DNA of 64,000 bases from an uncultured Thermoplasmata archaeon (lineage in GTDB: Archaea > Thermoplasmatota > Thermoplasmata > Lutacidiplasmatales > UBA184): NCBI GenBank assembly GCA_963719635.1, contig CAVRCS010000001.1, positions 288,756-352,755 on the forward strand, in the 5' to 3' direction. A model generated the notes under the pieces. That model saw nothing but the letters and a program-made list of their open reading frames with translations, was not told the origin of the DNA and did not search any database. Positions 49,370 through 58,115 of this stretch are shown one piece after another. The translations under genes and the position numbers were made by a program. Positions within the stretch are counted from its first letter, which is position 1, and each line of letters starts with the position of its first letter.

Positions 49370-49667
49370 AGACCCGCAGTAGCCCAGAAGTTCCCTCCCC
49401 GCCGGGAGCGCGGGGCCGATCCACCGAGCTAGCACCGAACGGGGGTAGCCGTGTGACAACCGGAACACGGGAGGTTGGCGCGGGCGGGGTCGCTCAGCAC
49501 GGCACCGAACCCGCGGGGGTCGGCGGTCAGGAGCCCCCTTCGCTGCGTGCCAGGACGCCCGGGGAGCGTTCCCGCCGCGTTCACGGCTACTGGAATGCCT
49601 CGGAACGCCCCGACCTGCCTGACGGGCACGTCCCGGCCATGGAAGTGGACCCGCCCTGAGCGGATTC

Positions 49668-49673
49668 TATATA
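49668..49673 (+). promoter_or_regulatory. TATA box upstream of the RHH/ftsZ-like pair
   Basis: TATATA within TTCTATATAC, in an AT-rich patch. The predicted transcription start is about 49697. Confidence 0.55.
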
Positions 49674-49695
49674 CGGGGGAGACGATATGTCAAGT

Positions 49696-49724
49696 GTCAG
49701 ACAAAGTAGCACATATTGTCTGAC
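49696..49724. promoter_or_regulatory. Perfect 9-bp inverted repeat (candidate RHH operator)
   Basis: GTCAGACAA-N11-TTGTCTGAC. It spans the predicted transcription start and ends 4 nt before ATG 49729. Confidence 0.5.
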
Positions 49725-49728
49725 GACC

Positions 49729-50094
49729 ATGGTCGACACCTCCGAGCGCGTTACCGTCCGCATCCCCGAGGAGCTTCTGGAGAAGCTCAAGCGGCTGCAG
49801 GACGAGCGTGGCACGGCTACGATCTCCGACACTATCCGCGAGGGGCTGGAGCAGTACGCCGAGCTGCACCTTCCGCCCAACCACATTCGCAAGGTCGTCG
49901 TCGAGCTGTCGCGCCGCGACAACAGCCGACTCGAGGAGTTCGTCCGTGAGGGCAACTCCGTGAGCGTCGACGATGCGGTCCGCTCGGCCGTGCGGGAGTA
50001 CATCCGCAGCCGCATCGACGAGCTCGCTCCCCCGACCCGCGTCCACCGCCGTGAGGCGGACCCGGTCGCGGCCGAAGGGAACCCTCCCCCGTAG
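49729..50094 (+). CDS. Tandem ribbon-helix-helix (CopG-like) DNA-binding protein, CdrS/CdrL-like context
   Basis: It has two RHH modules: ERVTVRIPEELLEKLKRLQDERGTATISDTIREGLEQY and RKVVVELSRRDNSRLEEFVREGNSVSVDDAVRSAVREYI. ATG 49729 is preferred over ATG 49687, which lies only 14 nt after the TATA box. Confidence 0.65.
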   Translation: MVDTSERVTVRIPEELLEKLKRLQDERGTATISDTIREGLEQYAELHLPPNHIRKVVVELSRRDNSRLEEFVREGNSVSVDDAVRSAVREYIRSRIDELAPPTRVHRREADPVAAEGNPPP

Positions 50095-50108
50095 GGCGGC
50101 GGAGCCCG

Positions 50109-51133
50109 ATGTTCGACGACAGCGAGGCGGAGGCGCTGCGCGCCCTCGCCGTCTCCCCGTCGATCGCGGTGGTCGGCCTGGGAGGCGCAGGGAGCGAGGC
50201 GGTCCAGGACCTCGTCACCCTCGGGATCCCGGGAGCCCGCGCGATCGCGGTCAACACCGACGCGATGCACCTCGACAAGGTCGGGGTGGACGAGCGGATC
50301 CTGCTCGGCCGCCGCGAGCTGCGCGGCCGCGGGAGCGGTGGGGACCGCGCCGCGGTCCTCCGGGCCGCCGAGGAGAGCCGGGACGAACTGGTCCGCAGGC
50401 TGGGCCGTTTCGAGCTCGTCTTCCTGCTCGCGGGACTCGGCGGCGGGACCGGGAGCGCCCTGCTGCCGTTCCTCTCGCGGGAGCTCCGCGGTACGTCCGC
50501 CCTCCCGGTCCCGGTCGTCTTCCTCCCGTTCCACCTCGAGCTGCAGTCGAACGCGCCACGGAGCGAGAACGTCGAGAGTTCCGTCGCCGAGCTCGAGGAG
50601 CTCGGAGGACTGCTGCTCGCGATCGCCAACGACAAGCTCCGCCGGTTCGGCTCGCTGCCGATCCACCGCGCCTTCGGCGTCCGGAACGCCTACCTCCACG
50701 GGCTCGTGGCGAGCCTGGTCGACATGGTCGACCGGCCGTCGCAGCTGAACGTCGACCTCGCGAGCCTGAAGAGCCACCTTCGGCAGTCGGGGCTTTCCAC
50801 CCTGGTGCTCGGCGAGGAGCACATCAGCGAGCCCGGCCGGCTCGTCCGTCAGGCGCTCGCCGACTCCCTCCTCGACTTCCGTCTCCCGGAGCATCCGTCC
50901 GCCCTCGTGCACCTCGAGGGGGGCACGAACCTCACCCTCCAGACCCTGGACGACGTCCTTCGGGAGGTCCGCGAGCAGTTCCGGGACCCGGCCGGCTCGT
51001 CTTCGGCACGCGCATACGGCCCGAGGCGCGCGAGGTAGTCCGGCTCACCGCGATTCTCGGGGGGTTGCGACCCCGGACCGTCCGCGAGGCGCTCATCGGG
51101 GACGGCGCGCGGGAGCCGCTGGCGGCCCGCTGA
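50109..51133 (+). CDS. Divergent FtsZ/tubulin-family GTPase (frame-shifted near 50992)
   Basis: Motifs are IAVVGLGGAGS, AVNTDAMHL, the tubulin signature LAGLGGGTGSA, IANDKL and the T7-like NVDLAS. The C-terminal strand ARLVFGTRIRPEAREVVRLTAILGG is in the ORF 49973..51133 frame. Confidence 0.8.
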
Positions 51134-51141
51134 GCCGCGGC

Positions 51142-51762
51142 CTACGGGTTCCCAGGGGCCGCCGCCGCGTCCCGCAGGTCCAGCTCGCGGTGGACCGCGT
51201 CGACGACCTGGCTCGTACGCAGCGAACGGGGGCCGACCGAGAGCCGGGGGACCCCGCTCGCGCGGAGGACGGCCAGCTCCGCCTCCGTCGGGTCGAACGG
51301 GTCGGAGACGAACGCGGAGACTTTGGCCGGGGTCAGCGCCGCACCCCCGATCGGCGCGCCGTCCTCGGTCAGCCAGACGGCCCCCTCCTCCCGCAGGAAC
51401 GCCGTCAGGCAGGCGAGCGGGTCGACCGGACCGACCTTCAGCCCCGGCGACGCCTCGAAGTCCGACGGGAACTTCGCGGCGCCGACGAGGGCGTTCTTCA
51501 GCATCGCCGCGGTCGACCGCTCGTCGGGGTACAGGTGCTTCAGGCGGGCCCCGGCGAGCTCGATCCGCCGCGACTTCGGTGGAGGCTCGGCCGCGAAGAC
51601 GACGGTGAGCTCGGTGTCGCGGCGCAGGTCGTTCGACAGCGTGAACGCCGTGGAGACCGTCCGGGCAACCTCGTCCATGCGGCCCGCGCCGCCGGCGAGG
51701 TCGTTGAGCGTGAATTCGCCGCTCGGCGGGACCTTGTGGGCGACGACGAGGAACCGACGCAC
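51142..51762 (-). CDS. trmY: tRNA (pseudouridine54-N1)-methyltransferase TrmY (SPOUT, DUF358)
   Basis: Trimmed to GTG 51762. FLVVAHKVPPSGEFTLNDLAGGAGRMDEVARTV matches the TrmY N-terminal signature as I recall it. Confidence 0.7.
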   Translation of the reverse strand: MRRFLVVAHKVPPSGEFTLNDLAGGAGRMDEVARTVSTAFTLSNDLRRDTELTVVFAAEPPPKSRRIELAGARLKHLYPDERSTAAMLKNALVGAAKFPSDFEASPGLKVGPVDPLACLTAFLREEGAVWLTEDGAPIGGAALTPAKVSAFVSDPFDPTEAELAVLRASGVPRLSVGPRSLRTSQVVDAVHRELDLRDAAAAPGNP

Positions 51763-51806
51763 GGCCGGGCGAGCCGGTCGCTGGGTTAACGGCTCTGGGG
51801 TCGCGC

Positions 51807-52481
51807 CTACGGCTCGCGCAGCGAGCGGCGGCCCCGGGGCGGCTGCGGCGGCGCCAGCGCCGGCGTCACCGACGGCGACTGCTTGCGCTCCAGCCAGATC
51901 TCGTCCGAGAGCTCGTGGTAGACGGCGTGCGCCGCGAGCCCGGTGCCGTGCTCCCCATGGGGGAGGCGGTAGGCGCCCGAGCGCTGCAGGTTCGGCGAGA
52001 AGACGATCTCCTGCTCGCCGGCGGCGGCCATCGCGGCCGACTCCTGGCGGGCGAGGTCGAAGATCCGGTCCTTGCGGAACATCCAGTAGTGGATGCGCCA
52101 CTCCCGGCCGTCGTACAGGGTCGTCTCGTCCCGTTCCGTCTCCAGGATCCCCGTGTCCTCGAGCATGTAGAACGTGTCGCGGTCGTCCGGCTCGAGCACG
52201 TTGTCGATGATCCTTTCGTTGAATCCGAAGAAGTTCAGCACATGGGCGGCGATCGACCGGGCGTCCTCCGGTCGCATGCCGTCATGACCGACCGATCGGC
52301 GAATCGCCTTCGCGAGCGAGTCAAAGTCCACCGGTCCGCTGGGCGCGCCAAACGTCTCGTCCTCCGGGATTCCGACCCGGTTCGCCGAGATGTCCGCGTC
52401 CGACCGCAGCGGCAGCGGGTTCCTCAGCCGATAGCGCGCCGGGCCCACCGGCCTGGACGGCCGCCCCTCCGTGCCCGACAT
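51807..52481 (-). CDS. Conserved-looking hypothetical protein
   Basis: ATG 52481 lies about 28 nt downstream of TATATATA (52506-52513). The distinctive core is TFYMLEDTGILETERDETTLYDGREWRIHYWMF. I cannot assign a domain. Confidence 0.5.
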   Translation of the reverse strand: MSGTEGRPSRPVGPARYRLRNPLPLRSDADISANRVGIPEDETFGAPSGPVDFDSLAKAIRRSVGHDGMRPEDARSIAAHVLNFFGFNERIIDNVLEPDDRDTFYMLEDTGILETERDETTLYDGREWRIHYWMFRKDRIFDLARQESAAMAAAGEQEIVFSPNLQRSGAYRLPHGEHGTGLAAHAVYHELSDEIWLERKQSPSVTPALAPPQPPRGRRSLREP

Positions 52482-52505
52482 GCCCCTAAGTATCCCGGTT
52501 GTCAC

Positions 52506-52513
52506 TATATATA
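52506..52513 (-). promoter_or_regulatory. Strong TATA box (leaderless geometry for the gene starting at 52481)
   Basis: TATATATA, followed on the plus strand by a T8 run (about 52530-52537) in an otherwise GC-rich context. Confidence 0.55.
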
Positions 52514-52703
52514 CATTCGTCGGGCCCCTTTTTTTTCGAGGGCCGGTCGAGGTATTTCTCGAGGAGACGAGGGGCCCCGGCGGCGCATCCGACGGCCCCC
52601 GGGGGCCCCCCGCCGTCGGCCCGCGCCCCAGGGAGGTTACCGACTAACCCCAAGATGAAGGTTCAAATAGGTCGGGTCGTTCCGCCTACCCTCCTGAGTC
52701 GCG

Positions 52704-53273
52704 ATGGCGGAAACCAAACGGTTGCCTCGGGCGTTCTACCTGCTGGTTGGCATCGCCGTGCTCACGCTCATCACCGGGTTCACCCTCGGAGCTCTCACGC
52801 TCGGCGCGTTCGGCTCCACCCCGCACCAGGCGACGGTCTCGAGCCTCACCCCGGGAGCTCCCCCGGGCCTCACGTTCCCGCTCGCCGAAGCGACGATGGT
52901 CGAACCGACGGGGAGCCCGGCCGTGGGCGACTGCGTCGCCTCCAACGTGGGCACCGAGGTGAGCCCCACGCCGTTGGTGAACGGGCAGAACACGACGATC
53001 TGCTTGACCGCGGTCGCGGGCGGCTTCGCCCTGGGCGACCTGGTGTACGTCTTCGACGTCTCCTGGAACGGGAGCGCCGCGCTCTCGACGACCTTCGAGG
53101 TCCAGCTGTTCGTCTCGGTCGCCCCCAGCGTGCACGACGTCCTGGAGACCTCCTACGTGAACACGACCGCCACGGTCCCCTCGCCGGACGAGATCGCGAC
53201 GTTCTCCCTCGACCTGACCGCCGGCGGCGACAGCGCGGTCGCTGGCTACAACATCATCGTCACCCAGCTGTAG
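52704..53273 (+). CDS. Putative secreted or membrane-anchored protein with N-glycosylation sequons
   Basis: The N-terminal KRLPRAFYLLVGIAVLTLITGF is signal- or anchor-like. The body is Thr/Ser/Val-rich with NTT, NGS and NTT sequons. A TTCAAATAGG TATA-like element lies about 40 nt upstream. Confidence 0.5.
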   Translation: MAETKRLPRAFYLLVGIAVLTLITGFTLGALTLGAFGSTPHQATVSSLTPGAPPGLTFPLAEATMVEPTGSPAVGDCVASNVGTEVSPTPLVNGQNTTICLTAVAGGFALGDLVYVFDVSWNGSAALSTTFEVQLFVSVAPSVHDVLETSYVNTTATVPSPDEIATFSLDLTAGGDSAVAGYNIIVTQL

Positions 53274-53312
53274 TCGAACGGCGTCGCCGCGGGCCGCGGC
53301 GGAGCCCGACCC

Positions 53313-53903
53313 TTACAGAACGACCCGACGGGACCGGCCGAGCTTCTGCAGCGCCGCGACCGCGGGCCGCCACTCGTCGTCCTCGACCTTGAAGTCGAGC
53401 TCGGCGAGCCCGTCCAGCTCCTTGGGGAACGGCATGAGCGACTTGGCCAGGTAGACGTGCGCGAACGGCCCGCTCGACGGGCCGGTCCACGTCTTCCCCG
53501 CGTCCACGACCGACCGGAACTCGTAGTACTCGGGGGCGGGAACGAACCAGATGACGCAGTCGTCGGTCCCCTTCTCCCGGGTCCCCCGGGCGTAGACCTG
53601 CAGGCCCAGATGCTGGGTGACCCGACCGGGGAGGGTGAAGAGGAGACGGTCCCCCGGCCGGGCGGTCGCCAGCAGGCGGTCCCGGACCGTCTCGACGGCC
53701 AGGGCCTCCCGCGCCGGGTACGTCGCGATGACGCGGGCGATCCCCGGCCCCCGCGCGAGGAACGAGATCGAGCGGGCTGCCGTGGCCCCCCGTTCCGCCT
53801 TCGGGTCGAAGCAGACCAGCTGGGCGATCTCGGTGGGGAACTGCATCGTGAGCCACGTGGGGTGGTTGGCCCGGACGATGACATACTCCATCGGAAGTTC
53901 CAC
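53313..53903 (-). CDS. Hypothetical protein (possible AbrB-like swapped-hairpin segment)
   Basis: 196-aa ORF. RLLFTLPGRVTQHLGLQV weakly resembles SpoVT/AbrB-type DNA-binding strands. A TTATAC element lies just upstream. Confidence 0.4.
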   Translation of the reverse strand: MELPMEYVIVRANHPTWLTMQFPTEIAQLVCFDPKAERGATAARSISFLARGPGIARVIATYPAREALAVETVRDRLLATARPGDRLLFTLPGRVTQHLGLQVYARGTREKGTDDCVIWFVPAPEYYEFRSVVDAGKTWTGPSSGPFAHVYLAKSLMPFPKELDGLAELDFKVEDDEWRPAVAALQKLGRSRRVVL

Positions 53904-54001
53904 CCTCGAGACCGTATAAGAAACCTGTTGAAAGCACCTCCGCGCGTGGGCGGTGCGCGCGCCGCAGGGGGTCCCGGATCAGGGACGCCGCCCCGGCTGG
54001 A

Positions 54002-54235
54002 CTACCGCCGCCCGCCCAGGCCGAGGAAGATCCCGCCGAGCCAGAGCGCGACGATTCCGACCCCGGCGACCACGAGCGCGCGGGCGAGCGCCCCGGGTGC
54101 GGAGGGAAGGGTCCCGCCGAGCACGAACAGTCCGACCAGCGTCAGCAGCACGCCGAGAACGACCTTGCCGCCGCGCGAGAGGCGCGGGGGCCGGCGACCG
54201 ATCGGAGCGTCGGGGGCGGGCGGGCCGTCCACCAT
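54002..54235 (-). CDS. Small 2-TM membrane protein
   Basis: 77-aa ORF with two clean hydrophobic helices (VVLGVLLTLVGLFVLGG, ALVVAGVGIVALWLGGIFLGL). It is preferred over the Arg/Pro-rich read-through tail of the antiporter ORF in another frame. Confidence 0.35.
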   Translation of the reverse strand: MVDGPPAPDAPIGRRPPRLSRGGKVVLGVLLTLVGLFVLGGTLPSAPGALARALVVAGVGIVALWLGGIFLGLGGRR

Positions 54236-54285
54236 CGGCGGCGTCCGGCGTCATGGGCAGATAGGAGCTCCGCCGCGGCCGAGCG

Positions 54286-55610
54286 CTACGGCTCGGGCGG
54301 GGTCTCGCGTTCCGGGAGCGACGCGGGGGGAGCGACAAGCCGGCCCACGGGCGCACTCGTTCGTCGGCGGGCGCCCGGCTCGGGGCCGCCGCGCCCGGCA
54401 GGAACGGCCGGGCGCATATCGGAGAGAGGAGCGTCGTCACCAGCCCGACCCCCGCGACGACCGTGTACATCCGCTCCGTGAAGATGCCGGTCGATAGGAG
54501 CAGCACCGACATCGCCAGCTCTACGGTCCCGCGGCTCGCGAGCAGGAAGCCGGCGCCCATCGCGTCGGTCGACGGCCAGCCGAGCGAGCGAGAGACCGCC
54601 GCGCCGAGGGCGACCTTGGAGAGGAAGGCGAAGACGCACACCCCGGCGAAGGCGGCGAGGACCGGCAGGGACGTGACGAGCAGGCGCAGGTCCATCCCCA
54701 GGCCGACGAGCGCGAAGAAGAGCGGGATGAAGAACCCCCACGTGACGGCGTTGAAGACGCGCGAGAGCTGCCGATGCTCGCGGACCCCGGCGCTCTGCGG
54801 GGTGACGAGGAGGCCGGCGTAGAACGCCCCGACCAGGAACGTGAGCCCGATCGCCTGCGAGTAGAGGGCAGCGGCGAGCCCCGCCACCATCAGAATGGCG
54901 AAGCCGGGCTCGCGGGAGTGCCAGCTCCCGCGGACGCGACTTACCCACCGGTCCCAGACCCTCAATTGGCGGAGGATCCGCAGCGCGTTGTGGACCGCGA
55001 GGATCGAGGAGAGAAAGACGCCGACGGTCACGACGCCGATGGCGGCGCCCCACCACGGGGAAACTCCGCCGCCGGCGACGATCCGCAGCAGGACGGAGAA
55101 GGTGGTGACGGCGGCGAGCTCGTTGACGAGCGAGCCGCTCAGCAGGTACGTACCGAAGCGGCTCTTCAGCAGGTCGAACTCCCGCAGCATCACCCCCAGC
55201 ACCGGCAGCGCGGTGACCGAGACCGTGAGCGAGACGAACAAGGTCGTCGTCCAGGAAAGGGCGGGGTACAGCTCGTGGACGACCGCCGCCCCGGCGAGGA
55301 ACGGAACGACGAAGATCCCGACCCCCAACAGCCCGGCCGAGAGCCCCGTCGCCGCGATCTGCTCGGGGGTGACGGCGAGCCCCGCCGTCATCAGGACGAA
55401 GAACGTGGCGAGGATCTCGAGCCCGTTCAGCTCCCCCGAGACCCCGCCGAGGCCGAGGTACGGCCCTAGGAGCGTCGGTCCGAGGACGACACCGACCGCG
55501 AGCTGGCCGACCAGCGCCGCCTGACCGATCCGGCTGACCAGCTCGCCGGCGACGAGCGCGCAGGCGACCAGCAGGAACAGCGCGACGATGAAGAGGGTCG
55601 TCGCGTCCAC
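54286..55610 (-). CDS. Cation:proton antiporter (CPA2/Kef-NapA-like), probable frame shift near 54337
   Basis: GTG 55610, about 12 TM helices, and ELAAVTTFSVLL and GAFYAGLLV segments typical of Na_H_Exchanger proteins. As assembled the ORF runs to 53979. Restoring one base in the G-run 54334-54340 gives a stop at 54286. Confidence 0.7.
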
Positions 55611-55791
55611 GGTCCCGCTACCACCCGGACGCCGGAGGGCGCCGGAGTCCCACCGGGCCGGTCGGCTCCGGCGAGGAGCGCGCGCCGTCCCGCTCCGCGT
55701 CGGTCCTCCTGCGGGACGGCCCCCATAACTAGCTTTGGCTCGAGGGAGGGGGTCGGCGCTCCCCTCTTGAGAGCGGGTCCCCTGCGCCGCC

Positions 55792-56331
55792 GTGGCCCGT
55801 CGTTCCAAGCATCCTTCCCCTCCCCTCACCCGAGACGAGGAGGCGGAGGCCCGCGCGTCCCGCCGGGTCCGGGCGGCCGAGGAACCGCTGGACGTCCGGG
55901 TCCGATCGACGGAGCCGTACGTCGAGCTGGAGGTGCGCAACCCCCTGCACCAGACGAGCTACCGGGTCTTCTTCCCGACGTACCCGTCCCGGGACGCAGC
56001 CCTCTGCACGTGCGCGGATTTCGCCCGGCGGGGGCTCGGCACGTGCAAGCATCTGGAGGCGGCCGACGCCTGGCTCGGGCGGCACCCGACCCTGGAACCG
56101 GCGCCGCGCTCGGGGGGGCCCGACGCGACGGCGGTGTGGCGGGAGGTCGACCACCGTTCGGCGGGGCGGGCACGCGACGGACCGCGCGACATCCGCGAGC
56201 TGGAGGCGGTGGGCCGGGCCCTGATCGACCCTGCAACCGAGGAGAAGAAGGAAAGGGTAGGCGGAGAAGGGGTTGGCCGCCCGGCCGACGAGGGGAGTCG
56301 GCCTACGTCGACATCCCGGGGGCGCCCTTGA
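55792..56331 (+). CDS. SWIM zinc-finger protein
   Basis: CTCADFARRGLGTCKHL fits the SWIM CxCx(n)CxH pattern. GTG start. The last 29 nt overlap the convergent radical-SAM gene. Confidence 0.6.
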   Translation: MARRSKHPSPPLTRDEEAEARASRRVRAAEEPLDVRVRSTEPYVELEVRNPLHQTSYRVFFPTYPSRDAALCTCADFARRGLGTCKHLEAADAWLGRHPTLEPAPRSGGPDATAVWREVDHRSAGRARDGPRDIRELEAVGRALIDPATEEKKERVGGEGVGRPADEGSRPTSTSRGRP

Positions 56332-58012
56332 GCGCCCGCACTCGGTAGTACTCGGGGTCGACGACGACCTCGCCGTTGACGCCCATAGTCTCGATCGTCT
56401 TCAGCTGGATGCCGGTCTGCGACTTCGCCCTCTGCCAGTCCGGGATCGGGATCGAGAACTTCTTCTCGACCTCCGTCCGGTAGATCGGGCCCGAGTTGTA
56501 CGAACAGAACGGAATGATCCGCCCGTCCGGCACCGCGTAGTGGATGTCGCAGCGCATCAGGCGCTGGATATCGTAGTCGTAGGCGTCCTGGAAGTGCATG
56601 TTGCCGATGTAGAGCGTGCGCCAAGTGAACTTCGCGACGGCCTCCTTGTTCCCCTCGGTGAAGATCGAGGCGATGATCCGCACGCAGTTTTTCTCGCTCA
56701 CACCCTCCGGCGCCTTCGAGAAGTCAAAGTACTTCGCGACGTCGTGCAGGAGCTTCGCCCCCGCGACCGCCGTCCGGACCCGCGCGAACCGCGAGTCCCG
56801 GTACTTCTCGATCATCGACTCGACGTTCTCGAAGAAGCCGTCGACGTCCATGAACCGCGGCAGCGGCGTGATCTTCTGGCCGTCCTTGGAGACGAAGGCG
56901 AACGTCGCACAGCCGCAGCCGGGGTGCGTCGTGAGCGTCATCTTCTCCTCGCCGTGGATGATCGAAGCGAGCTCCGAGATCGGGGCGACCGACGGGACCG
57001 GGAAGAAGTCCGAGCGGTCGAACGGACCGTCCGTGCAGAGGATCCGCACCAGGTCCGACTGGGTGAACCGCATTTGGAACCGGTCCTTGTCCGGAATCCG
57101 CGCCGTGAGCGCGACCGGCTGGAAGTTGACCCCGCGGACGACGTCGAGGTTGTCGATCGCGTAGCGGACGGTCGGCCAGATCTCCTTCTCGTTGAACCCG
57201 CCGACCAGCGTCGGGACGAGCACGACCGACAGTGGCTTGTCCGACTTCCCCGAGGCGAGTTCGGCCGGCGGCGAGTGCGTCTCTCGCGCCGCCTGGATCG
57301 CCTTCTGCTTGACCTTGAACAGGGGGACGCCGCGCACTTTCCGGTAGATCTCGTCGTCCAGCCCGTCGAACTGCAGGTAGAGAGTGTGGAGCCCCGCGTC
57401 CCGGCACGCCTGGGCGAAGCCGGGCTCGTTGGCGACGCGGATCCCGTTCGTGGCGACCTGGATCTGCTTGAAGCTCAGGTCGCGGGCCATACTGACCGCG
57501 TCCAGGAACAGCGGGCTGAGCGTCGGCTCCCCGCCCGAGAACTGGACGGCGACCGTGCCGACCGGCTTCTGCTCGCGGAGCGTCCGGAGCATGAAGTAGA
57601 TCTGCTCACGGGTCGGTTCGAAGACGTAGCCAGCCGCGTTCGCGTTCGCGAAGCAGACCGGGCACTTCAGGTTGCAGCGGTTGGTCAGGTCGACCAGCGC
57701 CAGTCCCGTGTGGGACTTGTGGTGGCTGCACATCCCGCACGTCGTCGGGCAGCCGCGGAACTTGTCGTAGTACGGGTTCTCGTAGCCGACGCCGTCGTGG
57801 GCGTACACCTCCATCCGGAGGTAGAAGTCGACGTCGTTCGAGATGATGTCCCAGAAGTAGCCGTGCGCGCGGCACGTCTTCTCCATGATGACCCGCCCCT
57901 CCTTCTCCCGGACGATGGCGGGAATCACCTTGATACACTCTGGGCAGACGGACGCCGTCTTGCGCGGGAGACCTCGCGGCGCCTGGAACTCCTTCATTAC
58001 ACGGGCTGGCAT
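56303..58012 (-). CDS. tes: Radical SAM protein, tetraether lipid synthase (Tes/GDGT-MAS)-like
   Basis: ATG 58012. It has an N-terminal CPEC...C.AH rubredoxin-like element, LTNRCNLKCPVCFANA (CX3CX2C), SGGEPT, a long C-terminal domain with HPGCGCATF, and about 570 aa. The family assignment is from memory of Tes-type sequences. The radical-SAM call itself is secure. Confidence 0.7.
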   Translation of the reverse strand: MPARVMKEFQAPRGLPRKTASVCPECIKVIPAIVREKEGRVIMEKTCRAHGYFWDIISNDVDFYLRMEVYAHDGVGYENPYYDKFRGCPTTCGMCSHHKSHTGLALVDLTNRCNLKCPVCFANANAAGYVFEPTREQIYFMLRTLREQKPVGTVAVQFSGGEPTLSPLFLDAVSMARDLSFKQIQVATNGIRVANEPGFAQACRDAGLHTLYLQFDGLDDEIYRKVRGVPLFKVKQKAIQAARETHSPPAELASGKSDKPLSVVLVPTLVGGFNEKEIWPTVRYAIDNLDVVRGVNFQPVALTARIPDKDRFQMRFTQSDLVRILCTDGPFDRSDFFPVPSVAPISELASIIHGEEKMTLTTHPGCGCATFAFVSKDGQKITPLPRFMDVDGFFENVESMIEKYRDSRFARVRTAVAGAKLLHDVAKYFDFSKAPEGVSEKNCVRIIASIFTEGNKEAVAKFTWRTLYIGNMHFQDAYDYDIQRLMRCDIHYAVPDGRIIPFCSYNSGPIYRTEVEKKFSIPIPDWQRAKSQTGIQLKTIETMGVNGEVVVDPEYYRVRALKGAPGMST

Positions 58013-58088
58013 TGCTCGTTTCTCCGTTTGGGCCCTGCCCCGAGTGGGACCTGGGCTTAGCCATCCACCCACCCCATCCTACATAACC

Positions 58089-58115
58089 CATCTGTCGTTC
58101 GTCCAGCGACAGATG
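58089..58115. promoter_or_regulatory. Perfect 9-bp inverted repeat upstream of the Tes-like gene
   Basis: CATCTGTCG-N9-CGACAGATG, located 77-103 nt upstream of ATG 58012 next to a TTATGTA-like element (minus strand). Confidence 0.3.

Noticed and set aside
49445-49590. A possible 5S rRNA, because the ends pair over 9 bp and a CCGAAC motif is present.
   Set aside because: The length (146 nt) is wrong. The universal GAAGUUAAGC-like loop C/helix III and loop E motifs are absent. I keep it only as a generic structured-RNA candidate.
49687-49728. ATG 49687 as the start of the RHH protein (the longest ORF).
   Set aside because: It begins only 14 nt after the TATA box and would place the palindrome inside the coding sequence. 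ATG 49729 immediately precedes the first RHH beta-strand.
53979-54285. A C-terminal 100-aa tail of the antiporter ORF as assembled.
   Set aside because: The tail is Arg/Pro-rich shadow sequence that overlaps a clean 2-TM small ORF (54002-54235) in another frame. A one-base correction in the G-run at 54334-54340 ends the antiporter at 54286.
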